DNA of 64,000 nucleotides from a candidate division FCPU426 bacterium (GTDB lineage Bacteria; Oederibacteriota; Muellerivitia; Muellerivitales; Muellerivitaceae), in assembly GCA_963771075.1 (NCBI GenBank), contig CAVYSE010000007.1:128001-192000 (forward strand), in the 5' to 3' direction. Each line of letters starts with the position of its first letter. Position 1 is the stretch's first letter. The notes beneath the pieces are model-generated. The model searched no databases and was not told the origin of the DNA. It saw only the letters and a list, made by a program, of their open reading frames with translations. Positions 19,752-28,602 of this stretch are shown here, in pieces. The position numbers and the translations under genes are program-made.

Positions 19752-20936
19752 TTAAACTGCCTGCCCCGCCGCCCAGGCGGAAGACCAGGCCCACTGGAAG
19801 TTATATCCCCCCAGCCAGCCCGTCACATCCACCACCTCGCCGATGAAATAAAGCCCCTTCACCTTGCGGCTTTCCATGGTTTGAGACGAAAGTTCCTTTG
19901 TGTCCACACCACCTTTGGTGACCTCGGCCTTGGAATAACCAACGGTGGAATCAGGACGGATCCCTAAGGCAACCAGGGTTTGGCTGAAGTCCGCCAGCTG
20001 TTTATCCGAAAGCTGGGACGCGGTGGCTTTGGGCGGCAGGTAGAGTTCGCAAAGTCTTTCGGCCAGACGCTGTGGAAGCCTTTGGCCCAGAAGGGTCTTC
20101 ATCTCGGACTTGGACTGATTCTTCCGCTCGATCCACCATTGGGTCAGGCTTTCGACCGTTTCATCAGGAAATAAATTGAGATTGATCAAATCTCCCTCTT
20201 CCCAATAGAGGGAAGCCTGAAGTGCGGCGGGGCCGCTCAAACCCACGTGGGTAAAAAGCACATTTTCTCTAAAGGAACTGTTTCTACAAGTTGCCACGCA
20301 ATCCACCGAAAGACCGGTCAGGTCGCCGAAACGTTTCCCATCCGCCGGGGAAAAACGGAATCCATCCAAGGCGGGGCGAGTGGGAACGACTTTTAGCCCG
20401 AATTGCAGGGCCAATTGGTATCCGAAATCGGTGACCCCCAATTTAGGAATGGAAAGCCCTCCCGTTGCTACCACCAGTGAATGGCTCATATAGAGGTTTT
20501 CAGATGTCCAGATCTTAAAAAGGCCTGATTTTTCGACCGACTCGACCTTGACCCCCAAGTTGACTTGGACAAGGGCGGACTTGCATTCCTTCAATAACAT
20601 ATCCACGATGTCTTGGGCGGAACGGTCGCAAAAAAGCTGGCCTAATTTCTTTTCATGGAAGGGGATGTGGTACTTATTGACGAGTTCAATGAAATCGGCG
20701 CTGGTATATCGGGAAAGGGCCGATTTGCTGAAATGGGGGTTTTGGGAGAGGTAATTCTCAGGTCCCGCGCCCAGATTGGTGAAATTGCACTTGCCGCCGC
20801 CCGAAACCAGGATTTTGGAGCCGGGTTTGGGGTTTTGGTCCAGTACCAGGACGGAACGTCCCCGGAAACCCGCTTCTTTTGCGCAAAAGAGGCCCGCGCC
20901 ACCTGCGCCCACGATGATAACGTCGTATTGTTTCAT
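19752..20936 (-). CDS. HI0933/YhiN-family flavoprotein (NAD(P)/FAD-dependent oxidoreductase)
   Basis: IVGAGGAG, KILVSGGGKCNFTN, VATGGLSIP, LFTHVGLSGPA, AEVTKGGV, GEVVDVTGWLGGYNFQWAWSS; start at ATG 20936. Confidence 0.93.
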   Translation of the reverse strand: MKQYDVIIVGAGGAGLFCAKEAGFRGRSVLVLDQNPKPGSKILVSGGGKCNFTNLGAGPENYLSQNPHFSKSALSRYTSADFIELVNKYHIPFHEKKLGQLFCDRSAQDIVDMLLKECKSALVQVNLGVKVESVEKSGLFKIWTSENLYMSHSLVVATGGLSIPKLGVTDFGYQLALQFGLKVVPTRPALDGFRFSPADGKRFGDLTGLSVDCVATCRNSSFRENVLFTHVGLSGPAALQASLYWEEGDLINLNLFPDETVESLTQWWIERKNQSKSEMKTLLGQRLPQRLAERLCELYLPPKATASQLSDKQLADFSQTLVALGIRPDSTVGYSKAEVTKGGVDTKELSSQTMESRKVKGLYFIGEVVDVTGWLGGYNFQWAWSSAWAAGQAV

Positions 20937-21252
20937 GGTTTCAGTATAAACCATGGCTCGCTGGAGCAAAAAAGAAGAACTTTGGTTAAACCAAAAAAGA
21001 AACCACGGTCGTGGAAAAAATATATTCCCATAGAGTTGTCTTTTTTGTTTCACACGGGAATATAATATTTATGTAATTTAATCAGCTTAGGTCTTTTCCT
21101 GCCTTGAAGGGTTGAAGCCCTTTAGACGTTCATCGTTTAAAACCCATGGCTCGTTCCTAGTTCATTCAAAAACTTTTGCCGCGAATAGGCCTGTTGAGTA
21201 ATAAAGATTTTTTAACCCAACCCATGTAAACGCTTTCCTACGGGAGAGGCTC

Positions 21253-22383
21253 TTGTTTCAGCCATTTCGACAAAATTCATCCGGCGCCATGCTGATGCAA
21301 TTGGGAGGAAATCCCTTTTCGCTTCCCGGTGTTTTTTTATTCAGCCGGTCAAACCTTGGCATTGCCTCGGGGGATGGCGACCGGATCAAGAGGGGAGAAT
21401 CCTGTTTTCGGAAGGGTGAAGCCGCCCTCAAAAAAGCCAGGCTCAATGCAGCCCAGGAACAATTTGAGCTGGCCTTGGAAGCTTACCGGGAAGCCGGGGA
21501 TTCCATCGGCATTGGCAAGAGCCTGCTCCAGGTGGGACGTTCCCTGGAACTGAAGGGCCTCTATGACCAGGCGTTGGAAAAATACAGGGAAGGAGCTTCC
21601 CAGTACCTGGGCTTCGGGGACCGGAACGGTTTCGCGCGGTGCCAGGCTTTTCTCGGCAACGTGGCCTGGGCGAAGGGGGATTATCCCGACGCTTTGCGCG
21701 TTTTCACTGAGGTGCTGGAAACATTTGTGAAAACGAAAAACGTCTCGGCCCAGGCCTGGGTTCATGACCTTTTGGGCAACCTCCACCTGGCCATGGGAAA
21801 ATATCCTGAAGCGGAGGAATTTCACCGAACCGCCTTCGCCTTGGCCGGTGGTGAAAATGCCGACCCAACTGGGAAGGCTTGGAACGAATACCACCTAGGT
21901 GCGGTGGAACGCTATCGGGAAAAGATATGGCCCGCCCTGGAACATTTCACGAAGGCCCTGGCTTATTTCAAGCGTCTTAAGGATACCCTTGGGCTTGTAT
22001 CGACGCATATCCATCTTGGCGAGATCGCTTGTGAGCAAAAACAACTCGATAAAGCCCAGAAACATTTCCAAACCGCGCTCCAACTGGTGCTTTCCACCCA
22101 ATGCCGGCCCCTACTGACGGATGCCCTGGGGGGGGTGGCCCGGCTGATGAAGGCGCGGGGTGAAGGGCGAAAAGCCATCGGATTGCTGATGGTGGCCCTG
22201 TCCCATCCCACCTGCCGGAAGGAAACCAAGGACCACATGGTTTCCATGGGTCAATCGTTGGAAGCCAATTTTTCGGCCAAGGAAAAGGAAAATGGATTTC
22301 TCTGGGCCAAGGATTTCACTTTGGAGGAAATGGCGACCTCCTGGCTTAAATCTCTTTCCCCAAAAAGACTATCGAAATCTTAA
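21253..22383 (+). CDS. Tetratricopeptide repeat protein; start uncertain
   Basis: Repeated ~40-aa units (A..LGNVAW..GDY..A, LGNLHL..G.Y..A, HLGEIA). Confidence 0.8.
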   Translation: MFQPFRQNSSGAMLMQLGGNPFSLPGVFLFSRSNLGIASGDGDRIKRGESCFRKGEAALKKARLNAAQEQFELALEAYREAGDSIGIGKSLLQVGRSLELKGLYDQALEKYREGASQYLGFGDRNGFARCQAFLGNVAWAKGDYPDALRVFTEVLETFVKTKNVSAQAWVHDLLGNLHLAMGKYPEAEEFHRTAFALAGGENADPTGKAWNEYHLGAVERYREKIWPALEHFTKALAYFKRLKDTLGLVSTHIHLGEIACEQKQLDKAQKHFQTALQLVLSTQCRPLLTDALGGVARLMKARGEGRKAIGLLMVALSHPTCRKETKDHMVSMGQSLEANFSAKEKENGFLWAKDFTLEEMATSWLKSLSPKRLSKS

Positions 22384-22644
22384 CAACCTTAAACTTTCAC
22401 AGCGACCCGTTCCCTTTACGTGGAGGACAATGAAATGCGGGTGGCGCGAAGATCGCTAAGAAAAACATAGTTTCGTTACAGTCTTTAAATATTCGATAAA
22501 CGAACCGCCTGAAAATGACCAAACCTCCAAAACGAAACCAAGTTAAAATCGATCCTCAATCATAGCAGTTATCCTGAAGGGTAAGTTCATTCCGAGCTCG
22601 TTCATGGGTAACTATTTGCGAATGACTTTCCGGGAGAAGTTCTT

Positions 22645-24414
22645 ATGAGTGAAATACCTGTCTCGAACATGGGGGACGCGCCATTGGAAGGCCCTTTATT
22701 AAACCGCCGTTGGGTTTCTTGGGCCGCCGGGTCGATCCCCGTGATCCTGACCCTGCTGGTTTACCTGCCTTCGCTTCACAACCAGCTCGTGAATTGGGAC
22801 GACACGGAAGCGATCCAGTGGAACCCCCACTTGCGGTCCTTCAGCCTTCATAACCTCTTTTGGATGCTCACGGCCTTTCACCTCGGCAATTGGGTACCCT
22901 TGACCTGGTTTTCCTTGGCGTTGGACTACCGGATCGGGAAATTGGACCCTTGGTTCTATCATTTCCACAACTTGATGTTGCATTGCGTGAACACGGGGCT
23001 GGTTTTCGTCCTGTGTTCGCGAATCTTGGGGGTAGCGCAAAAGAACGGTTTGATTGGAGCTGAAAAAAAGGGTTGGGTCCTCACCTCGGCCTTTCTGGCG
23101 GCCCTGTTGTTTGGGCTTCACCCCATACACGTGGAATCGGTCGTTTGGGCCACCGAACGCAAGGACATGCTTTACGGATTTTTCTACCTCTTATGCCTGA
23201 TCCTTTACCTGGATGACACCGTCGGTCCAAACCGCAAACGATGGAAGCTTCATCTTTGCCAGGGGCTGTTCGTCCTGTCCCTCCTCTCCAAACCCATGGC
23301 GATCACTTTGCCCCTGGTGCTTCTGCTGTTGGATGGGTGGCCCCTCCAAAGATTTAAACGCGATCGACAAAATTTATTCCGCGAAAAATTTTTCTTTTTC
23401 CTCGTGGCACTGCTTTCCCTCGGGGTCACGGCGTTTTCCCAGGCATGGGTGGGAAGCCTGGCAAATCTTTCCCAATTGCCATTGGATTTCCGCATCATGA
23501 ATTGCCTCCATTCCCTCGCCTTTTATCTTTGGAAAATGATCTTTCCCGTAGACTTGGCGGCGCTCTATCCGCTTGACCTGCGAAAGACATTTTCCCCCTC
23601 TTATGTGTTTTCTTCTTTTGGTGTGGTGGTCCTGTACTCGGCCTGCGGCCTTTACCGTAAAAAATACCCTTGGCTGTCGGCGGCGGGGTTGTATTACCTC
23701 ATCATTCTTTGGCCGGTATTGGGCCTAGTACAAATGGGGTCTCAGGCGGCTGCAGACCGCTACGTATATCTCGCTTGTATTGCACCCTTTCTGCTTTTCT
23801 CCTCGGCCTTGTCCTTCTCCCTTTCGAGCCGTCCTTATGTTTTCGAGGTGGTTGCTGCCATGCTGGCCATGGGGATGGCTTACAGCACCATTCAACAGGG
23901 CAAGACCTGGAGGGACAACACGAGCCTTTGGGAACAGGTGTTAAGGGTTCATCCTAGGAATTCCCAGATAGCCCACGCCAACCTGGCTGATGGGTATTTG
24001 AAGACCGGACGTTTTGAGGAGGCCTTAATGGAATTCGATCGGGGCATTCGGATCGGGCCTCCCTCGGCCTTCACTTTCGATTGGAAGGGGGTCGCCCTGA
24101 TGCAGTTGGGGCGCGTCAGTGAGGCGATGGCCAGCCTGGAAACCGCGCTCCAACTGGAACCCCGAAATCCCCGTGTCCACCTCCACCTGGGATGGGTCTT
24201 CGAACGGATGAAAAGGCCATCCGCAGCTTTGGGAGAATTCGAGCAGTCGGTCTGGGATGATCCGGATTTTTCGGATGGCTATTACGAGATGGGGTGGCTC
24301 TATCTGGACCAGGGGCAGATGGAAAAGGCTAAGCAGGCCTTTCAGCAGGCTCTCCGGTTGGACCCGGACAACTGCACCGTTTGGGCGGGGCTGGGCGTAG
24401 TGGACCGGTATTAA
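22645..24414 (+). CDS. TMTC-like membrane glycosyltransferase with C-terminal TPRs
   Basis: VNWDD, NWVPLTWFSLALDY, YHFHNLMLHCVN, LFGLHPIHVESVVWATERKD, LSKPMAITLP, AADRYVY, WRDNTSLW, then about four TPRs. Confidence 0.85.
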   Translation: MSEIPVSNMGDAPLEGPLLNRRWVSWAAGSIPVILTLLVYLPSLHNQLVNWDDTEAIQWNPHLRSFSLHNLFWMLTAFHLGNWVPLTWFSLALDYRIGKLDPWFYHFHNLMLHCVNTGLVFVLCSRILGVAQKNGLIGAEKKGWVLTSAFLAALLFGLHPIHVESVVWATERKDMLYGFFYLLCLILYLDDTVGPNRKRWKLHLCQGLFVLSLLSKPMAITLPLVLLLLDGWPLQRFKRDRQNLFREKFFFFLVALLSLGVTAFSQAWVGSLANLSQLPLDFRIMNCLHSLAFYLWKMIFPVDLAALYPLDLRKTFSPSYVFSSFGVVVLYSACGLYRKKYPWLSAAGLYYLIILWPVLGLVQMGSQAAADRYVYLACIAPFLLFSSALSFSLSSRPYVFEVVAAMLAMGMAYSTIQQGKTWRDNTSLWEQVLRVHPRNSQIAHANLADGYLKTGRFEEALMEFDRGIRIGPPSAFTFDWKGVALMQLGRVSEAMASLETALQLEPRNPRVHLHLGWVFERMKRPSAALGEFEQSVWDDPDFSDGYYEMGWLYLDQGQMEKAKQAFQQALRLDPDNCTVWAGLGVVDRY

Positions 24415-24544
24415 GAAAATGAAAGGTTATTTTTTTTACCTTTCATTGCCTTGTCCCGTACCTCAATGACTCTGGGATGAATATTGAATTTGCTTCGATT
24501 TCCTGAAAGTTGAATAACGCACTCTCCAACTTTATAGTGTCTCC

Positions 24545-26264
24545 ATGCTCCGCCAACTCACCATCAAAAACTTCGCCATCGTCGAATCCATCACGATGGA
24601 ATTCGGCCCCGGCTTCAACGTGCTCACGGGTGAGACGGGGGCGGGTAAATCACTCATTGTGGACGCCCTCTATTTCCTCCTGGGCGACCGGTTCGACCCA
24701 GAACTATTGCGCGCCGGCGAGGATCGCCTGGCTGTGGAGGCGCTTTTTCAAATTCCCAAGGATGCTTGGGCCGCCCGGTTCATCCGAGAAAAGGGGATAG
24801 ACCCGCAGAATGGGGAGATCCACATCAAACGGGAATTTTCTAAATCCTCGGGCAAGACCCGCAGTTTCATCAATGGCGAACTGGCTGCCGCCGCCTTAAT
24901 CGCACAGTTGGGGGAAGGTCTTCTCGACATCCACGGCCAACACGAGCACCAGTCCATCTTCGACACGAACAAGCACCGAAATCTGATTGACTCTTTCGGC
25001 CGCCTGGAAAACAAACTGTCCGCCACACAAAAGGCCTATCAAGTCCTCAAAGCCCTCCTGGATGAACGGGAGCATTTGGGAGGGGACCGGAGGGAAATCG
25101 CCCGCAAGACCGACTTGCTCCAATTCCAAGTCAATGAAATCGCCGCGGCAAAGCTGGAAGGGTTGAACGAGGAAGAGTTGAACCGGCAATACCAGAAACT
25201 CAAACATGCCGAGAAGATTATGGGCTATTTGGGAGAGGCACAACGCCTCATGGATGAGGAAGGGGAAGGCGGCGCTACGGGGCTTTTCGGAACCGCTTTG
25301 AGCCGGGTGAAGGACGCGGCCCGTTTGGATATGGAACTGGAACGAATGGTCGAAGCCGGTTCAAGTTTGCAGGAATCCCTCAATCAATTCTCCTATGACC
25401 TGGCCCAGCGGCTGGAAAACTACGCATTCACGGAGGAGGAATTCCAGGAAATATCGGACCAAATCGACCAGTTGACCACGCTCAAAAGAAAATACGGCGG
25501 GTCGGCCGCTGAGATATTGGAGTATCACAGGAAGATCGAGGGGGAACTGAAGGCCCTCATGGGCCGGGAAAAAAGGCTGGGTGATATCGAGAAGGAGATC
25601 TCTTTCGCGGCGGAAAGTTACCTCGAAAAGGCCGGGGAATTGAGCCGTAAACGGCAGGAAACCGGAGACGGATTGGCCAAGCAAGTCGAGGCCGCCTTGA
25701 AGGAACTGGGTTTGAGCCACGCCCAGTTGGGCGCAAGGGTGACGCCCCTGGAGGAGTCGGGAAGCGCCGCCCAAAAGGACGGGAAGGGTTTCGCGGTCAC
25801 ATCCCAGGGGTATGACCGGGTGGAGTTCATGTTTTCGGCCAACCCTGGGGAGCCAATGCGGCCACTGGCGAAGGTGGCCTCGGGAGGGGAAGCCTCGCGG
25901 GTGATGCTGGCCCTAAAGGCGGTGCTGGCGGAAAGCGACGAGGTAGGCACATTGATTTTCGATGAGATCGATACTGGGGTCGGGGCCCGAACCGCCTCGG
26001 CGGTGGCGGGCTTGCTTCATACGGCTTGCCGGGTCCAAACAGCTTTTATGCATCTCACATCTTGCGCCCATCGCCGGCTTGGGAGAGAACCATTACGAAG
26101 TGGCGAAGTCCGTGGAAAAAAATAAAACTACCATCGATGTTTACCGTTTAACAAAGGATAAAAGAATCGAGGTGTTGGCGAAAATGCTTGGCGGGGAACC
26201 CATTACGGAAACTTCCCGCAATCACGCCAAGGAATTATTTGCAAGAATTCACCCTTCCGGTTAA
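24545..26264 (+). pseudogene. recN: DNA repair protein RecN, one frameshift near 26015-26021 (probably an assembly error)
   Basis: LTIKNFAIV, LTGETGAGKS, IHGQHEHQ, SANPGEP..PLAKVASGGEASR, IFDEIDTGVG; C-terminus QLLCISHLAPIA...RIEVLAKMLGG in the next frame. Confidence 0.93.
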
Positions 26265-26317
26265 GCTAAAACCCATTTTCTGGCAGCAAAATAAACGAAA
26301 ATTTCGGGAGAGACGAA

Positions 26318-27205
26318 ATGAAATTATGGAATCGGTTGATGTTGGTCGGGTTGGTACTGGCTTTTGCCATGAGCCTGTTTGTCACCACGGCAAGCGCCCA
26401 AACCTCGAAGAAGAAAAAGAAGACCGTAGCCACTGCTGTGGCAACCCCGGTGGCGAAGAAAAAGGCCGTCGCGCCTGTCAAAAAAATCGTCACTGGTACC
26501 AATTTGGAGGGCCGTTCGGGCTTGTTTTACGGGGATACTTCATCGGTCGCCCCGAAGGACGTCGTTGAGGGTTCGGTCAATGTCATCGCCGAACTTGGAA
26601 CGGACACTAACTTCTTATTTCCGGTCGGCGGCCATTATGGATTGGGGGATAATTTAGAGGTTTCCGCAGGGGTTAAGCCTTGGATTAATTCTTATACTAC
26701 CTCAGGGACACCGGCTATTGTTATTGGCGGTGTAACCCTTTATCCGGCGGTTGCAGGAAAAACCTATACAAATAGTGATTTGATAATCAATGGGGGCGCA
26801 AAGTACGCCATTCTCGCCACGAACCGGGAAATGCCCGATTTTAGCATCGGCGGCCAGGTATATATCCCAACCTATACGGGTGGTGTCTTCGTGGTCCAGC
26901 CTTACGGGACCGTCACTTATGTCTTGCACAACGGTTTGCTGTTGAACGGTGAGTTCGGAATTGGTATTTGTTCAGCGACCTACGTCGTGTTCGACGGTGG
27001 CGTGGCCTATCCGATCACACCGAAGATCACTGTCATCGGCGAAATCGGAGCAAACCAAGGCGGTTTTGGTTATGCCGATTCCGAGTTGGCCGGCGGGGCC
27101 AGGTTTGATATCGGTGGTGACGCGAAGGTTCAGGCCTTGATCGGGGTGCCCTTTAACGGCGGCGGAGTCGTTCTAGGCGCCGGACTGATCCTCGCCTCCA
27201 GATAA
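26318..27205 (+). CDS. Exported protein, probable outer-membrane beta-barrel with Lys-rich N-terminal linker
   Basis: Signal peptide ending ASA, KKKKK/Ala-Thr linker, Gly/aromatic alternating strands (DFSIGGQVYIP, LNGEFGIG, FDGGVAYP, GGARFD); followed by a terminator. Confidence 0.65.
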   Translation: MKLWNRLMLVGLVLAFAMSLFVTTASAQTSKKKKKTVATAVATPVAKKKAVAPVKKIVTGTNLEGRSGLFYGDTSSVAPKDVVEGSVNVIAELGTDTNFLFPVGGHYGLGDNLEVSAGVKPWINSYTTSGTPAIVIGGVTLYPAVAGKTYTNSDLIINGGAKYAILATNREMPDFSIGGQVYIPTYTGGVFVVQPYGTVTYVLHNGLLLNGEFGIGICSATYVVFDGGVAYPITPKITVIGEIGANQGGFGYADSELAGGARFDIGGDAKVQALIGVPFNGGGVVLGAGLILASR

Positions 27206-27233
27206 TTTTTCAAAAACGTTATTTCGGTAAATC

Positions 27234-27269
27234 AGCCGGGTCCCCTTTAAAAGGGAACCCGGCTTTTTT
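27234..27269 (+). terminator. Rho-independent terminator
   Basis: AGCCGGGTCCCCTTT / AAAGGGAACCCGGCT stem followed by a T-tract. Confidence 0.85.
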
Positions 27270-27280
27270 ATGATGGGTCC

Positions 27281-27757
27281 ATGAGCGAAACTATCCTTCG
27301 AAAGGCTCGTCCTTCGGATACCCGGGCCATATTGAACCTGATCGCCTCTTATTCCTCTAAGGGGTTGCTGTTACCCCGGCCATTCGCCCAGGTGATGGAA
27401 AAAATACGGGATTTCACGGTCATTGAAAACGGCGAGGGAAACCCCTTGCTGGGGGTGGTCGCCCTTCACCCGGTAGGGGAAGACCTGGCTGAAATACGAA
27501 GCCTGGCGGTTAGGGAAGATGCCGTTGGAAAGGGGATGGGTCGCCGATTGGTCGATTATTGCCTGACCGAAACTAAAGAAATGAAGCTCCATCGGGTATT
27601 CGCCCTAACCTACTAAATTGAATTTTTCGGTAAATTGGGCTTCCATAAGGTTGAAAAAATGACATTGCCCCAGAAAATATGGGGTGATTGCGTGCATTGC
27701 GCTAAATTCTCCGATTGCGACGAGGTCGCCATGCTTCGGGTTCTTAATCCATCATGA
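27281..27757 (+). pseudogene. GNAT N-acetyltransferase (short ArgA-type amino-acid acetyltransferase), in-frame TAA at 27614-27616
   Basis: GLLLPR, IRDF, LAEIRSLAV, GKGMGRRLV, VFALTY*, continuing in frame IEFFGKLGF..LPQKIWGDCVHCAKFSDCDEVAM to TGA 27757, which overlaps the next ATG. Confidence 0.85.
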
Positions 27758-28492
27758 CCGAAACCACCGCTCCCTCCCCCCGGGATCCCAAGAAGAAAAG
27801 CCCCCGGCCCGGAACTGCACGGCTTTTCGCCGGTTATTACGCGGATCTGTTGATCGCCGCCTTCTTGAGTTGGATCATTTGTTTCAGCCTGAATTGGCAA
27901 ACCTATTGGATTTGGGTGACCCTTTGCGTTTGGACTGGGGAGGTCGCCTGGTGCCGGGACCGGTTGGTTCCGACCGCGGGCGAGTATATTTTAGGCATCC
28001 GGTACATGACCTCTTCTTCCGCCCATGTGGTGGCGGATATCCAGGTGCTTCACCCCAAACTGGTGTTGAACGGATTCCTGGTTTTCGGCGGAGTGGTGGA
28101 TTTGACCTCTTTCCCTTGGATTCCTAAGCGGCTGGACCTTCCTGGGACGGTCAGTGGTGGGAGGGGTCGCCCTTGATCCGCCCTGGTCGCTGATCTATTG
28201 GGTTGCCACGGGTTTGCTCTTTTTCCTGGCCGCGACGGCCATGCTGGGCGGATCCCGGAACGCCGTTTGGCTGGTGCCCCTAGTCCACGCCTGGTTTTCC
28301 ATCGATTTCAACCGTTCTTTCCAGGGCTGGACGGAATTGTTCCACCACGACCTGATCTTTACCCCGACGGTCTCCAATGCCATGATCGCGGCCGCCAGAT
28401 CCCAATCCAACGTGATACTGGGAATGTTCTATCTTTACAGCCTTTATCTGGTGGTGGTCGTCGCCTTTTCTCGCAGACATTTAGTGAATTAA
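27754..28492 (+). pseudogene. Polytopic membrane protein of unknown function, split into two overlapping ORFs (27754-28176, 28154-28492)
   Basis: Both halves hydrophobic; N-terminus RDD-like (RLFAGYYADLLI...TAGEYILGIR); frame appears to switch near 28105-28150. Confidence 0.5.
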
Positions 28493-28536
28493 ACCCGCCG
28501 CGAAGAAAAAGCCTTTTACGCCCCCTCGACCGATTA

Positions 28537-28565
28537 CTGACAGCCGAAGAGGGGTTGGTTATAAT
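28537..28565 (+). promoter_or_regulatory. Sigma70-type promoter of leuS
   Basis: CTGACA-17 nt-TATAAT. Confidence 0.6.
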
Positions 28566-28602
28566 CAACTTTCTTTTTCCCCACTAAATTAAGAGGAATT
28601 TC

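Noticed and set aside
22429..22458. Small ORF MKCGWREDR behind GGAGG
   Set aside because: Too short, with no supporting attenuator structure or homology.
27614..27616. Stop-codon recoding (alternative genetic code)
   Set aside because: TAA, TGA and TAG all end well-conserved genes at their expected positions in this window.
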